A DNA stretch of 64,000 nt from Eledone cirrhosa. Its lineage: Eukaryota. Numbering within the stretch: the stretch's first letter is position 1; each line of letters starts with the position of its first letter. Shown here piece by piece: positions 1-15,000 of the stretch. A model generated the notes under the pieces. The model was not told the DNA's origin and did no database searches. It was given only the letters and a program-made list of their open reading frames with translations. The translations under genes were made by a program, and so were the position numbers. Location of the stretch: the NCBI GenBank assembly GCA_964016885.1, contig OZ024742.1, positions 328,166,001 through 328,230,000 on the forward strand, read 5' to 3'.

Positions 1-3000
1 GTTGTTTTTGGTGATAGTGTTGTTCTGGTGTTGTTGTAGTAGTTTCTGGTGATAGTGTTGGTATGGTGTTGTTGTAGTTGTTTTTGGTGATCGTGTTGGT
101 ATGGTGTTGTTGTAGTAGTTTTTGGTAATAGTGTTGGTATGGTGTTGTAGTTGTTTTTGGTGATAGTGTTGGTATGGTGTTGTTGTGGTTGTTGTTATTG
201 GTGCTAGTGTTGGCATGGTGGTGTTGTGGTTGTTGTTTTTGGTGATAGTGTTGGTATGGTGTTGTTGTAGTAGTTGTTTTTGGTGATAATGTTGGTATGG
301 TCTTGTTGTGGTTGTTGTTTTTGGTGATAGTGTTGGTATGGTGTTGTTGTGGTTGTTGTTTTTGGTGATAGTGTTGGTATGGTGTTGTTTTGGTTGTTGC
401 ATTTGGTGATAGTGTTGGTATGGTGTTGTTGTAGTAGTTGTTCTTGGTGATAGTGTTGGTATGGTGTTGTTGTAGTTGTTTTTGGTGATAGTGTTGGTAT
501 GGTGTTATTGTAGTTGTTTTTGGTGATAGTGTTGGTATGGTGTTGTTGTAGTAGTTGTTTTTGGTGTTAATGTTGGTATGGTGTTGTTGTAGTTGTTTTT
601 GGTGATAGTGTTGGTATGGTGTTGCTGTAGTTGTTTTTGGTGATAGTGTTGGTATGGTGTTGTTGTAGTTCTTTTTGGTGCTAGTGTTGGTATGGTGCTG
701 TTGTAGTTGTTTTTGGTGGTAGTGTTGGTATGGTGTTGTTGTAGTTGTTTTTGGTGATAGTGTTGGTATGGTGTTGTTGTAGTTGTTTTTGGTGATAGTG
801 TTGGTATGGTGTTGTTGTAGTTGTTTTTGGTGATAGTGTTGGTATGGTGTTGTTGTAGTAGTTGTTTTTGGTGATAGTGCTGGTATGGTGTTGTTGTAGT
901 AGTTGTTTTTGGTGATAGTGTTGGTATGGTGTTGTTGTAGTTGTTTTTGGTGATAGTGTTGGTATGGTGTAGTTGTAGTTGTTTTTGGTGATAGTGTTGG
1001 TATGGTGTTTTTGTAGTAGTTGTTTTTGGTGATAGTGTTGGTATGGTGTTGTTGTGGTTGTTGTTTTTGGTGATAGTGTTGGTATGGTGTTGTTGTTGTA
1101 GTTGTTTTTGGTGATAGTGTTGGTATGGTGTTGTTGTAGTAGTTGTTTTTGGTGATAGTGTTGGTACGGTGTTGTTGTGGTTGTTGTTTTTGGTGATAGT
1201 GTTGGTATGGTGTTGTTGTAGTTGTTTTTGGTGATAGTGTTGGTATGGTGTTGTAGTACTTGTTTTTGGTGATAGTGTTGGTATGGTGTTGTTGTAGTTG
1301 TTTTTGGTGATAGTGTTGGTATGGTGTTGTTGTAGTTGTTTTTGGTGATAGTGTTGGTATGGTGTTGTTGTAGTAGTTGTTTTTGGTGATAGTGTTGGTA
1401 TGGTGGTGTTGTGGTTGTTTTTGGTGATAGTGTTGGTATGGTGTTGTTGTAGTAGTTGTTTTTGGTGATGGTGTTGGTATGGTGTTGCTGTAGTTGTTTT
1501 TGGTGATAGTGTTGGTATGGTTTTGTTGTAGTTGTTTTAGGTGATAGTATTGGTATGGTGCTGTTGTGGTAGTTGTTTTTGGTGATAGTGTTGGTATGGT
1601 GTTGTTGTAGTTGTTATTGGTGTTAGTGTTGGTATGGTGGTGTTGTGGTAGTTGTTTTTATGATAGTGTTGGTATGGTGTTGTTGTAGTAGTGGTTTTTG
1701 GTGGTAGTGTTGGTATGGTGTTGTTGTAGTTGTTATTGGTGTTAGTGTTGGTATGGTGTTGTTGTGGTAGTTGTTTTTGGTGATAGTGTTGGTATGGTGT
1801 TGTTGTAGTAGTTGTTTTTGGTGATAGTGTTGGTATGGTGTTGTTGTAGTTGTTTTTGGTGATAGTGTTGTTCTGGTGTTGTTGTAGTAGTTTCTGGTGA
1901 TAGTGTTGGTATGGTGTTGTTGTAGTTGTTTTTGGTGATCGTGTTGGTATGGTGTTGTTGTAGTAGTTTTTGGTGATAGTGTTGGTATGGTGTTGTAGTT
2001 GTTTTTGGTGATAGTGTTGGTATGGTGTTGTTGTGGTTGTTGTTATTGGTGATAGTGTTGGCATGGTGGTGTTGTGGTTGTTGTTTTTGGTGATAGTGTT
2101 GGTATGGTGTTGTTGTAGTAGTTGTTTTTGGTGATAGTGTTGGTATGGTCTTGTTGTGGTTGTTGTTTTTGGTGATAGTGTTGGTATGGTGTTGTTGTGG
2201 TTGTTGTTTTTGGTGATAGTGTTGGTATGGTGTTGTTTTGGTTGTTGCATTTGGTGATAGTGTTGGTATGGTGTTGTTGTAGTAGTTGTTCTTGGTGATA
2301 GTGTTGGTATGGTGTTGTTGTAGTTGTTTTTGGTGATAGTGTTGGTATGGTGTTGTTGTAGTTGTTTTTGGTGATAGTGTTGGTTTTGTGTTGTTGTAGT
2401 TGTTTTTGGTGATAGTGTTGGTATGGTGTTGTTGTGGTTGTTTTTGGTGATAGTGTTGGTATGGTGTTGTTGTTGTTTTTGGTGATAGTGTTGGTATGGT
2501 GTTGTTGTTTTTGGTGATAGTGTTGGTATGGTGTTGTTGTAGTTGTTTTTGGTGATAGTGTTGGTATGGTGTTGTAGTTGTTTTTGGTGATAGTGTTGGT
2601 ATGGTGTTGTTGTAGTTGTTTTTGGTGATATTGTTGGTATGGTGTTGTTGTGGTTGTTGTTTTTGGTGATTGTGTTGGTATGGTGTTGTTGTAGTTGTTT
2701 TTGGTGATAGTGTTGGTATGGTGTTGTTGTAGTTGTTTTTGGTGATAGTGTTGGTATGGTGTTGTTGTTGTAGTAGTTGTTTTTGGTGATAGTGTTGGTA
2801 TGGTGTTGTTGTAGTAGTTTTTGGTGATAGTGTTGGTATGGTGTTGTTGTAGTAGTTTTTGGTGATAGTGTTGGTATGGTGTTGTAGTAGTTGTTTTTGG
2901 TGATAGTGTTGGTATGGTGTTGTTGTTGTAGTTGTTTTTGGTGATAGTGTTGGTATGGTGTTGTTGTAGTAGTTTTTGGTGATAGTGTTGGTATGGTGTT

Positions 3001-6000
3001 GTTGTAGTAGTTTTTGGTGATAGTGTTGGCATGGTGTTGTTGTAGTAGTTGTTTTTGGTGATAGTGTTGGTATGGTGGTGTTGTAGTAGTTGTTTTTTGT
3101 GATAGTGTTGGTATGGTGTTGTAGTAGTTTTTGGTGATATTGTTGGTATGGTGTTGTTGTAGTAGTTGTTTTTAGTGATAGTGTTGGTATGGTGTTGTTG
3201 TAGTAGTTGTTTTTGGTGATAGTATTGGTATGGTGTTGTTGTAGTAGTTGTTTTTGGTGATTGTGTTGGTATGGTGTTGTTGTAGTAGTTGTTTTTGGTG
3301 ATAGTGTTGGTATGGTGTTGTTGTAGTAGTTGTTTTTGGTGTTAGTGTTGGTATGGTGTTGTTGTAGTAGTTGTTTTTGGTGTCAGTGTTGGTATGGTGT
3401 TGTAGTAGTTGTTTTTGGTGATAGTGTTGGTATGGTGTTGTTGTAGTTGTTTTTGGTGATAGTGTTGGTATGGTGTTGTTGTAGTTGTTTTTGGTGATAG
3501 TGTTGGTATGGTGTTGTTGTGGTTGTTGTTTTTGGTGATAGTGTTGGTATGGTGTTGTTGTAGTAGTTGGTTTTGGTGATAGTGTTGGTATGGTGTTGTA
3601 GTTTTTTTTTGTGACAGTGTTGGTATGGTGTTGTTGTAGTAGTTTTTGGTGATAGTGTTGGTATGGTGTTGTTGTAGTAGTTGTTTTTGGTGATAGTGTT
3701 GGTATGGTGTTGTTGTAGTTGTTTTTGGTGATAGTGTTGGTTTTGTGTTGTTGTAGTTGTTTTTGGTGATAGTGTTGGTATGGTGTTGTTGTAGTTGTTT
3801 TTGGTGATTGTATTGGTATGGTGTTGTTGTAGTTGTTTTTGGTGATAGTGTTGGTATGGTGTTGTTGTAGTTGTTTTTGGTGATAGTGTTGGTATGGTGT
3901 TGTTGTGGTTGTTTTTGGTGATAGTGTTGGTATGGTGTTGTTGTAGTTGTTTTTGGCGATAGTGTTGTTATGGTGCTGTTGTAGTTGTTTTTGGTGATAG
4001 TGTTGCTATGGTGTTGTTGTAGTAGTTGTTTTTGGTGATAGTGTTGGTATGGTATTGTTGTGGTTGTTTTTGGTGATAGTGTTGGTATGGTGCTATTGTA
4101 GTTGTTTTTGGTGTTAGTGTTTGTATGGTGTTGTGGTAGTTGTTTTTGGTGATAGTGTTGGTATGGTGTTGTTGTGGTTGTTTTTGGTGATAGTGTTGGT
4201 ATGGTGTTGTTGTAGTAGTTGTTTTTGGTGACAGTGTTGGTATGGTGTTGTTGTAGTTGTTTTTGGTGATAGTGTTGGTATGGTGTTGTTGTAGTAGTTG
4301 TTTTTGGTGATAGTGTTGGTATGGTGTTGTTGTGGTTGTTTTTGGTGATAGTGTTGGTATGGTGTTGTTGTAGTAGTTGTTTTTGGTGATAGTGTTGGTA
4401 TGGTGTTGTTGTGGTTGTTTTTGGTGATAGTGTTGATATGGTGTTGTTGTAGTTGCTTTTGGTGATAGTGTTGGTATGGTGCTGTTGTAGTTGTTTTTGG
4501 TGATAGTGTTGCTATGGTGTTGTTGTAGTAGTTGTTTTTGGTGATAGTGTTGGTATGGTGTTGTTGTAGTAGTTGTTTTTGGTGATAGTGTTGGTATGAT
4601 GTTGTTGTAGTTGTTTTTGGTGATAGTGTTGGTATGGTGCTGTTGTAGTTGTTTTTGGTGATAGTGTTGGTATGGTGTTGTTGTAGTAGTTGTTTTTGGT
4701 GATAGTGTTGGTATGGTGTTGTTGTGGTTGTTTTTGATGATAGTATTGGTATGGTGTTGTTGTAGTTGTTGTTTTGGTGATAGTGTTGGTATGGTGTTGT
4801 TGTAGTAGTTGTTTTTGGTGATAGTGTTGGTATGGTGTTGTTGCAGTAGTTGTTTTTGGTGATAGTGTTGGTATGGTGTTGTTGTGGTTGTTTGTGGTGA
4901 CAGTGTTGGTATGGTGTTGCAGTAGTTGTTTTTGGTGATAGTGTTGGTATGGTGTTGTTGTGGTTGTTGTTTTTGGTGATAGTGTTGGTATGGTGCTGTT
5001 GTGGTTGTTGTTTTTGGTAATAGTGTTGGTATGGTGTTGTTGTAGTAGTTGTTTTTGGTGATAGTGTTGGTATGGTGTTGTTGTAGTTGTTTTTGGTGAT
5101 AGTGTTGGTATGGTGTTGTTGTATTTGTTTTTGGTGATAGTGTTAGTATGGTGTTGTTGTAGTTGTTTTTGGTGATAGTGTTGGTATGGTGTTGTTGTAG
5201 TTGTTTTTGGTGATAGTGTTGGTATGGTGTTGTTGTAGTTGTTTTTGGTGATAGTGTTGGTATGGTGTTGTTGTAGTAGTTGTTTTTGGTGATAGTGTTG
5301 GTATGGTGTTGTTGTGGTTGTTTTTGTTGATAGTATTGGTATGGTGTTGTTGTTTTTGGTGATAGTGTTGGTATGGTGTTGTTGTAGTAGTTTTTGGTGA
5401 TAGTGTTGCTATGGTGTTGTTGTAGTAGTTGTTTTTGGTGATAGTGTTGGTATGCTGTTGTTGTAGTAGTTAATTTTGGTGATAGTGTTGGTATGAAGTT
5501 GTTGTAGTTGTTTTTGGTGATAGTGTTGGTATGGTGCTGTTGTAGTTGTTTTTGGTGATAGTGTTGGTATGGTGTTGTTGTGGTTGTTTTTGGTGATAGT
5601 GTTGGTATGGTGTTGTTGTAGTAGTTGGTTTTGGTGATAGTGTTGGTATGGTGTTGTTGTAGTTGTTTTTGGTGATAGTGTTGGTATGGTGTTGTTGTAG
5701 TAGTTGTTTTTGGTGATATTGTTGGTATGGTGTTTTTGTGGTTGTTTTTGGTGATAGTGTTGGTATGGTGTTTTAGTAGTTGTTTTTGGTGATAGTGTTG
5801 GTATGGTGTTGTTGTAGTTGTTTTTGGTGATTGTGTTGGTATGGTGCTGTTGTAGTTGTTTTTGGTGATAGTGTTGGTATGGTGTTGTTGTAGTAGTGGT
5901 TTTTGGTGATAGTGTTGGTATGGTGTTGTTGTAGTTGTTATTGGTGTTAGTGTTGGTATGGTGTTGTTGTGATAGTTGTTTTTGGTGATAGTGTTGGTAT

Positions 6001-9000
6001 GGTGTTGTTGTAGTAGTTGTTTTTGGTGATAGTGTTGGTATGGTGTTGTTGTAGTTGTTTTTGGTGATAGTGTTGGTATGGTGTTGTTGTAGTAGTTTTT
6101 GGTGGTAGTGTTGGTATGGTGTTGTTGTAGTTTGTTTTTGGTGATAGTGTTGGTATGCTGTTGTTGTAGTAGTTGTTTTTGGTGATAGTATTGGTATGGT
6201 GTTGTTGTAGTAGTTGTTTTTGGTGATAGTGTTGGTATGGTGTTGTTGTAGTTGTTTTTGGTGATAGTGTTGGTATGGTGTTGTTGTAGTAGTTTTTTTT
6301 GTTGATAGTGTTGGTATGGTGTTGTTGTAGTAGTTGGTTTTGGTGATAGTGTTGGTATGGTGTTGTTGTAGTTGTTTTTGGTGATAGTGTTGGTATGGTG
6401 TTGTTGTAGTAGTTGTTTTTGGTGAAAGTGTTGGTATGTTGTTGTTGTAGTTGTTTTTGGTGACAGTGTTGGTATGGTGTTGTTGTAGTAGTTGTTTTTG
6501 GTGATAGTGTTGGTATGGTGTTGTTGTAGTTGTTTTTGGTGATAGTGTTGGAATGGTGTTGTTGTAGTAGTTGTTTTTGGTGATAGTGTTGGTATGGTGT
6601 TGTTGTGGTTGTTTTTGGTGATAGTGTTGGTATGGTGTTGTAGTAGTTGTTTTTGGTGATAGTGTTGGTATGGTGTTGTTGTAGTTGTTTTTGGTGATAG
6701 TGTTGGTATGGTGTTGTTGTAGTTGTTTTTGGTGATAGTGTTGGTATGGTGTTGTTGTAGTAGTTGTTTTTGGTGATAGTGTTGGTATGGTGGTGTTGTG
6801 GTTGTTTTTGGTGATAGTGTTGGTATGGTGTTGTTGTAGTAGTTGTTTTTGGTGATGGTGTTGGTATGGTGTTGCTGTAGTTGTTTTTGGTGATAGTGTT
6901 GGTATGGTTTTGTTGTAGTTGTTTTAGGTGATAGTGTTGGTATGGTGCTGTTGTGGTAGTTGTTTTTGGTGATAGTGTTGGTATGGTGTTGTTGTAGTTG
7001 TTATTGGTGTTAGTGTTGGTATGGTGGTGTTGTGGTAGTTGTTTTTATGATAGTGTTGGTATGGTGTTGTTGTAGTAGTGGTTTTTGGTGGTAGTGTTGG
7101 TATGGTGTTGTTGTAGTTGTTATTGGTGTTAGTGTTGGTATGGTGTTGTTGTGGTAGTTGTTTTTGGTGATAGTGTTGGTATGGTGTTGTTGTAGTAGTT
7201 GTTTTTGGTGATAGTGTTGGTATGGTGTTGTTGTAGTTGTTTTTGGTGATAGTGTTGTTCTGGTGTTGTTGTAGTAGTTTCTGGTGATAGTGTTGGTATG
7301 GTGTTGTTGTAGTTGTTTTTGGTGATCGTGTTGGTATGGTGTTGTTGTAGTAGTTTTTGGTAATAGTGTTGGTATGGTGTTGTAGTTGTTTTTGGTGATA
7401 GTGTTGGTATGGTGTTGTTGTGGTTGTTGTTATTGGTGCTAGTGTTGGCATGGTGGTGTTGTGGTTGTTGTTTTTGGTGATAGTGTTGGTATGGTGTTGT
7501 TGTAGTAGTTGTTTTTGGTGATAGTGTTGGTATGGTCTTGTTGTGGTTGTTGTTTTTGGTGATAGTGTTGGTATGGTGTTGTTGTGGTTGTTGTTTTTGG
7601 TGATAGTGTTGGTATGGTGTTGTTTTGGTTGTTGCATTTGGTGATAGTGTTGGTATGGTGTTGTTGTAGTAGTTGTTCTTGGTGATAGTGTTGGTATGGT
7701 GTTGTTGTAGTTGTTTTTGGTGATAGTGTTGGTATGGTGTTATTGTAGTTGTTTTTGGTGATAGTGTTGGTATGGTGTTGTTGTAGTAGTTGTTTTTGGT
7801 GTTAATGTTGGTATGGTGTTGTTGTAGTTGTTTTTGGTGATAGTGTTGGTATGGTGTTGCTGTAGTTGTTTTTGGTGATAGTGTTGGTATGGTGTTGTTG
7901 TAGTTCTTTTTGGTGCTAGTGTTGGTATGGTGCTGTTGTAGTTGTTTTTGGTGGTAGTGTTGGTATGGTGTTGTTGTAGTTGTTTTTGGTGATAGTGTTG
8001 GTATGGTGTTGTTGTAGTTGTTTTTGGTGATAGTGTTGGTATGGTGTTGTTGTAGTTGTTTTTGGTGATAGTGTTGGTATGGTGTTGTTGTAGTAGTTGT
8101 TTTTGGTGATAGTGCTGGTATGGTGTTGTTGTAGTAGTTGTTTTTGGTGATAGTGTTGGTATGGTGTTGTTGTAGTTGTTTTTGGTGATAGTGTTGGTAT
8201 GGTGTAGTTGTAGTTGTTTTTGGTGATAGTGTTGGTATGGTGTTTTTGTAGTAGTTGTTTTTGGTGATAGTGTTGGTATGGTGTTGTTGTGGTTGTTGTT
8301 TTTGGTGATAGTGTTGGTATGGTGTTGTTGTTGTAGTTGTTTTTGGTGATAGTGTTGGTATGGTGTTGTTGTAGTAGTTGTTTTTGGTGATAGTGTTGGT
8401 ACGGTGTTGTTGTGGTTGTTGTTTTTGGTGATAGTGTTGGTATGGTGTTGTTGTAGTTGTTTTTGGTGATAGTGTTGGTATGGTGTTGTAGTAGTTGTTT
8501 TTGGTGATAGTGTTGGTATGGTGTTGTTGTAGTTGTTTTTGGTGATAGTGTTGGTATGGTGTTGTTGTAGTTGTTTTTGGTGATAGTGTTGGTATGGTGT
8601 TGTTGTAGTAGTTGTTTTTGGTGATAGTGTTGGTATGGTGGTGTTGTGGTTGTTTTTGGTGATAGTGTTGGTATGGTGTTGTTGTAGTAGTTGTTTTTGG
8701 TGATGGTGTTGGTACGGTGTTGCTGTAGTTGTTTTTGGTGATAGTGTTGGTATGGTTTTGTTGTAGTTGTTTTAGGTGATAGTGTTGGTATGGTGCTGTT
8801 GTGGTAGTTGTTTTTGGTGATAGTGTTGGTATGGTGTTGTTGTAGTTGTTATTGGTGTTAGTGTTGGTATGGTGGTGTTGTGGTAGTTGTTTTTATGATA
8901 GTGTTGGTATGGTGTTGTTGTAGTAGTGGTTTTTGGTGGTAGTGTTGGTATGGTGTTGTTGTAGTTGTTATTGGTGTTAGTGTTGGTATGGTGTTGTTGT

Positions 9001-12000
9001 GGTAGTTGTTTTTGGTGATAGTGTTGGTATGGTGTTGTTGTAGTAGTTGTTTTTGGTGATAGTGTTGGTATGGTGTTGTTGTAGTTGTTTTTGGTGATAG
9101 TGTTGTTCTGGTGTTGTTGTAGTAGTTTCTGGTGATAGTGTTGGTATGGTGTTGTTGTAGTTGTTTTTGGTGATCGTGTTGGTATGGTGTTGTTGTAGTA
9201 GTTTTTGGTGATAGTGTTGGTATGGTGTTGTAGTTGTTTTTGGTGATAGTGTTGGTATGGTGTTGTTGTGGTTGTTGTTATTGGTGATAGTGTTGGCATG
9301 GTGGTGTTGTGGTTGTTGTTTTTGGTGATAGTGTTGGTATGGTGTTGTTGTAGTAGTTGTTTTTGGTGATAGTGTTGGTATGGTCTTGTTGTGGTTGTTG
9401 TTTTTGGTGATAGTGTTGGTATGGTGTTGTTGTGGTTGTTGTTTTTGGTGATAGTGTTGGTATGGTGTTGTTTTGGTTGTTGCATTTGGTGATAGTGTTG
9501 GTATGGTGTTGTTGTAGTAGTTGTTCTTGGTGATAGTGTTGGTATGGTGTTGTTGTAGTTGTTTTTGGTGATAGTGTTGGTATGGTGTTATTGTAGTTGT
9601 TTTTGGTGATAGTGTTGGTATGGTGTTGTTGTAGTAGTTGTTTTTGGTGTTAATGTTGGTATGGTGTTGTTGTAGTTGTTTTTGGTGATAGTGTTGGTAT
9701 GGTGTTGCTGTAGTTGTTTTTGGTGATAGTGTTGGTATGGTGTTGTTGTAGTTCTTTTTGGTGCTAGTGTTGGTATGGTGCTGTTGTAGTTGTTTTTGGT
9801 GGTAGTGTTGGTATGGTGTTGTTGTAGTTGTTTTTGGTGATAGTGTTGGTATGGTGTTGTTGTAGTTGTTTTTGGTGATAGTGTTGGTATGGTGTTGTTG
9901 TAGTTGTTTTTGGTGATAGTGTTGGTATGGTGTTGTTGTAGTAGTTGTTTTTGGTGATAGTGCTGGTATGGTGTTGTTGTAGTAGTTGTTTTTGGTGATA
10001 GTGTTGGTATGGTGTTGTTGTAGTTGTTTTTGGTGATAGTGTTGGTATGGTGTAGTTGTAGTTGTTTTTGGTGATAGTGTTGGTATGGTGTTTTTGTAGT
10101 AGTTGTTTTTGGTGATAGTGTTGGTATGGTGTTGTTGTGGTTGTTGTTTTTGGTGATAGTGTTGGTATGGTGTTGTTTTTGTAGTTGTTTTTGGTGATAG
10201 TGTTGGTATGGTGTTGTTGTAGTAGTTGTTTTTGGTGATAGTGTTGGTATGGTGTTGTTGTGGTTGTTGTTTTTGGTGATAGTGTTGGTATGGTGTTGTT
10301 GTAGTTGTTTTTGGTGATAGTGTTGGTATGGTGTTGTTGTAGCTGTTTTTGGTGATAGTGTTGGTATGGTGTTGTTGTAGTAGTTTTTTTTGGTGATAGT
10401 GTTGGTATGGTGTTGTTGTAGTAGTTGTTTTTGGTGATAGTGTTGGTATGGTGTTGTTGTAGTTGTTTTTGGTGATAGTGTTGTTCTGGTGTTGTTGTAG
10501 TAGTTTTTGGTGATAGTGTTGGTATGGTGTTGTTGTAGTAGTTTTTTTTGGTGATAGTGTTGGTATGGTGTTGTTGTAGTAGTTGTTTTTGGTGATAGTG
10601 TTGGTATGGTGTTGTTGTAGTTGTTTTTGGTGATAGTGTTGGTATGGTGTTGTAGTTGTTTTTGGTGATAGTGTTGGTATGGTGTTGTTGTGGTTGTTGT
10701 TATTGGTGATAGTGTTGGCATGGTGGTGTTGTGGTTGTTGTTTTTGGTGATAGTGTTGTTGTAGTAGTTGTTTTTGGTGATAGTGTTGGTATGGTCTTGT
10801 TGTGGTTGTTGTTTTTGGTGATAGTGTTGGTATGGTGTTGTTGTGGTTGTTGTTTTTGGTGATAGTGTTGGTATGGTGTTGTTTTGGTTGTTGCATTTGG
10901 TGATAGTGTTGGTATGGTGTTGTTGTAGTAGTTGTTCTTGGTGATAGTGTTGGTATGGTGTTGTTGTAGTTGTTTTTGGTGATAGTGTTGGTATGGTGTT
11001 ATTGTAGTTGTTTTTGGTGATAGTGTTGGTATGGTGTTGTTGTAGTAGTTGTTTTTGGTGTTAATGTTGGTATGGTGTTGTTGTAGTTGTTTTTGGTGAT
11101 AGTGTTGGTATGGTGTTGCTGTAGTTGTTTTTGGTGATAGTGTTGGTATGGTGTTGTTGTAGTTCTTTTTGGTGCTAGTGTTGGTATGGTGCTGTTGTAG
11201 TTGTTTTTGGTGGTAGTGTTGGTATGGTGTTGTTGTAGTTGTTTTTGGTGATAGTGTTGGTATGGTGTTGTTGTAGTTGTTTTTGGTGATAGTGTTGGTA
11301 TGGTGTTGTTGTAGTTGTTTTTGGTGATAGTGTTGGTATGGTGTTGTTGTAGTAGTTGTTTTTGGTGATAGTGCTGGTATGGTGTTGTTGTAGTAGTTGT
11401 TTTTGGTGATAGTGTTGGTATGGTGTTGTTGTAGTTGTTTTTGGTGATAGTGTTGGTATGGTGTAGTTGTAGTTGATTTTGGTGATAGTGTTGGTATGGT
11501 GTTTTTGTAGTAGTTGTTTTTGGTGATAGTGTTGGTATGGTGTTGTTGTTGTAGTTGTTTTTGGTGATAGTGTTGGTATGGTGTTGTTGTAGTAGTTGTT
11601 TTTGGTGATAGTGTTGGTATGGTGTTGTTGTGGTTGTTGTTTTTGGTGATAGTGTTGGTATGGTGTTGTTGTAGTTGTTTTTGGTGATAGTGTTGGTATG
11701 GTGTTGTTGTAGCTGTTTTTGGTGATAGTGTTGGTATGGTGTTGTTGTAGTAGTTTTTTTTGGTGATAGTGTTGGTATGGTGTTGTTGTAGTAGTTGTTT
11801 TTGGTGATAGTGTTGGTATGGTGTTGTTGTAGTTGTTTTTGGTGATAGTGTTGTTCTGGTGTTGTTGTAGTAGTTTTTGGTGATAGTGTTGGTATGGTGT
11901 TGTTGTAGTAGTTTTTTTTGGTGATAGTGTTGGTATGGTGTTGTTGTAGTAGTTGTTTTTGGTGATAGTGTTGGTATGGTGTTGTTGTAGTTGTTTTTGG

Positions 12001-15000
12001 TGATAGTGTTGGTATGGTGGTGTTGTAGTAGTTGTTTTTGGTGATAGTGTTGGTATGGTGTTGTTGTAGTAGTTTTTTTTGTTGATAGTGTTGGTATGGT
12101 GTTGTTGTAGTAGTTGGTTTTGGTGATAGTGTTGGTATGGTGTTGTTGTAGTTGTTTTTGGTGATAGTGTTGGTATGGTGTTGTTGTAGTAGTTGTTTTT
12201 GGTGATAGTGTTGGTATGGTGTTGCTGTAGTTGTTTTTGGTGACAGTGTTGGTATGGTGTTGTTGTAGTAGTTGTTTTTGGTGATAGTGTTGGTATGGTG
12301 TTGTTGTAGTTGTTTTTAGTGATAGTGTTGGTATGGTGTTGTTGTAGTAGTTGTTTTTGGTGATAGTGTTGGTATGGTGTTGTAGTAGTTGTTTTTGGTG
12401 ATAGTGTTGGTATGGTGTTGTTGTAGTTGTTTTTGGTGATAGTGTTGGTATGGTGCTGTTGTAGTTGTTTTTGGTGATAGTGTTGGTATGTTGTTGTTGT
12501 AGTAGTTGTTTTTGGTGATAGTGTTGGTATGGTGTTGTTGTGGTTGTTTTGGGTGATAGTGTTGGTATGGTGTTGTTGCAGTTGTTGTTTTTGGTGATGG
12601 TGTTGGTATGGTGTTGCTGTAGTTGTTTTTCGTGATAGTGTTGGTATGGTTTTGTTGTAGTTGTTTTTGGTGATAGTGTTGGTATGGTGCTGTTGTAGTA
12701 GTTGTTTTTGGTGATAGTGTTGGTATGGTGTTGTTGTGGTAGTTGTTTTTGGTGATAGTGTTGGTATGGTGCTGTTGTGGTAGTTGTTTTTGGTGATAGT
12801 GTTGGTATGGTGCTGTTGTGGTAGTTGTTTTTGGTGATAGTGTTGGTATGGTGTTGTTGTAGTTATTGGTGTTAGTGTTGGTATGGTGTTGTTGTGGTAG
12901 TTGTTTTTGGTGATCGTGTTGGTATGGTGTTGTTGTAGTAGTTTTTGGTGATAATGTTGGTATGGTGTTGTAGTAGTTGTTTTTAGCGTTTGTGTTGGTA
13001 TGGTGTTGTTGTAGTAGTTGTTTTTGGTGATAGTGTTGGTATGGTGCTGTTGTGGTAGTTGTTTTTGGTGATAGTGTTGGTATGGTGCTGTTGTGGTAGT
13101 TGTTTTTGGTGATCGTGTTGGTATGGTGTTGCTGTAGTTGTTTTTGGTGATAGTGTTGGTATGGTGTTGTTGTAGTTCTTTTTGGTGCTAGTGTTGGTAT
13201 GGTGCTGTTGTAGTTGTTTTTGGTGGTAGTGTTGGTATGGTGTTGTTGTAGTTGTTTTTGGTGATAGTGTTGGTATGGTGTTGTTGTAGTTGTTTTTGGT
13301 GATAGTGTTGGTATGGTGTTGTTGTAGTTGTTTTTGGTGATAGTGTTGGTATGGTGTTGTTGTAGTAGTTGTTTTTGGTGATAGTGCTGGTATGGTGTTG
13401 TTGTAGTAGTTGTTTTTGGTGATAGTGTTGGTATGGTGTTGTTGTAGTTGTTTTTGGTGATAGTGTTGGTATGGTGTTGTTGTAGTAGTTGTTTTTGGTG
13501 ATAGTGTTGGTATGGTGCTGTTGTGGTAGTTGTTTTTAGCGTTTGTGTTGGTATGGTGTTGTTGTAGTAGTTGTTCTTGGTGTTAATGTTGGTATGGTGT
13601 TGTTGTAGTTGTTTTTGGTGATAGTGTTGGTATGGTGTTGCTGTAGTTGTTTTTGGTGATAGTGTTGGTATGGTGTTGTTGTAGTTCTTTTTGGTGCTAG
13701 TGTTGGTATGGTGCTGTTGTAGTTGTTTTTGGTGGTAGTGTTGGTATGGTGTTGTTGTAGTTGTTTTTGGTGATAGTGTTGGTATGGTGTTGTTGTAGTT
13801 GTTTTTGGTGATAGTGTTGGTATGGTGTTGTTGTAGTTGTTTTTGGTGATAGTGTTGGTATGGTGTTGTTGTAGTAGTTGTTTTTGGTGATAGTGCTGGT
13901 ATGGTGTTGTTGTAGTAGTTGTTTTTGGTGATAGTGTTGGTATGGTGTTGATGTAGTTGTTTTTGGTGATAGTGTTGGTATGGTGTAGTTGTAGTTGTTT
14001 TTGGTGATAGTGTTGGTATGGTGTTTTTGTAGTAGTTGTTTTTGGTGATAGTGTTGGTATGGTGTTGTTGTTGTAGTTGTTTTTGGTGATAGTGTTGGTA
14101 TGGTGTTGTTGGAGTAGTTGTTTTTGGTGATAGTGTTGGTATGGTGTTGTTGTGGTTGTTGTTTTTGGTGATAGTGTTGGTATGGTGTTGTTGTAGTTGT
14201 TTTTGGTGATAGTGTTGGTATGGTGTTGTTGTGGTTGTTGTTTTTGGTGATAGTGTTGGTATGGTGTTGTTGTAGTTGTTTTTGGTGATAGTGTTGGTAA
14301 GGTGTTGTTGTAGCTGTTTTTGGTGATAGTGTTGGTATGGTGTTGTTGTAGTAGTTTTTTTTGGTGATAGTGTTGGTATGGTGTTGTTGTAGTAGTTGTT
14401 TTTGGTGATAGTGTTGGTATGGTGTTGTTGTAGTTGTTTTTGGTGATAGTGTTGTTCTGGTGTTGTTGTAGTAGTTTTTGGTGATAGTGTTGGTATGGTG
14501 TTGTTGTAGTAGTTTTTTTTGGTGATAGTGTTGGTATGGTGTTGTTGTAGTAGTTGTTTTTGGTGATAGTGTTGGTATGGTGTTGTTGTAGTTGTTTTTG
14601 GTGATAGTGTTGGTATGGTGTTGTAGTTGTTTTTGGTGATAGTGTTGGTATGGTGTTGTTGTGGTTGTTGTTATTGGTGATAGTGTTGGCATGGTGGTGT
14701 TGTGGTTGTTGTTTTTGGTGATAGTGTTGTTGTAGTAGTTGTTTTTGGTGATAGTGTTGGTATGGTCTTGTTGTGGTTGTTGTTTTTGGTGATAGTGTTG
14801 GTATGGTGTTGTTGTGGTTGTTGTTTTTGGTGATAGTGTTGGTATGGTGTTGTTTTGGTTGTTGCATTTGGTGATAGTGTTGGTATGGTGTTGTTGTAGT
14901 AGTTGTTCTTGGTGTTAATGTTGGTATGGTGTTGTTGTAGTTGTTTTTGGTGATAGTGTTGGTATGGTGTTGCTGTAGTTGTTTTTGGTGATAGTGTTGG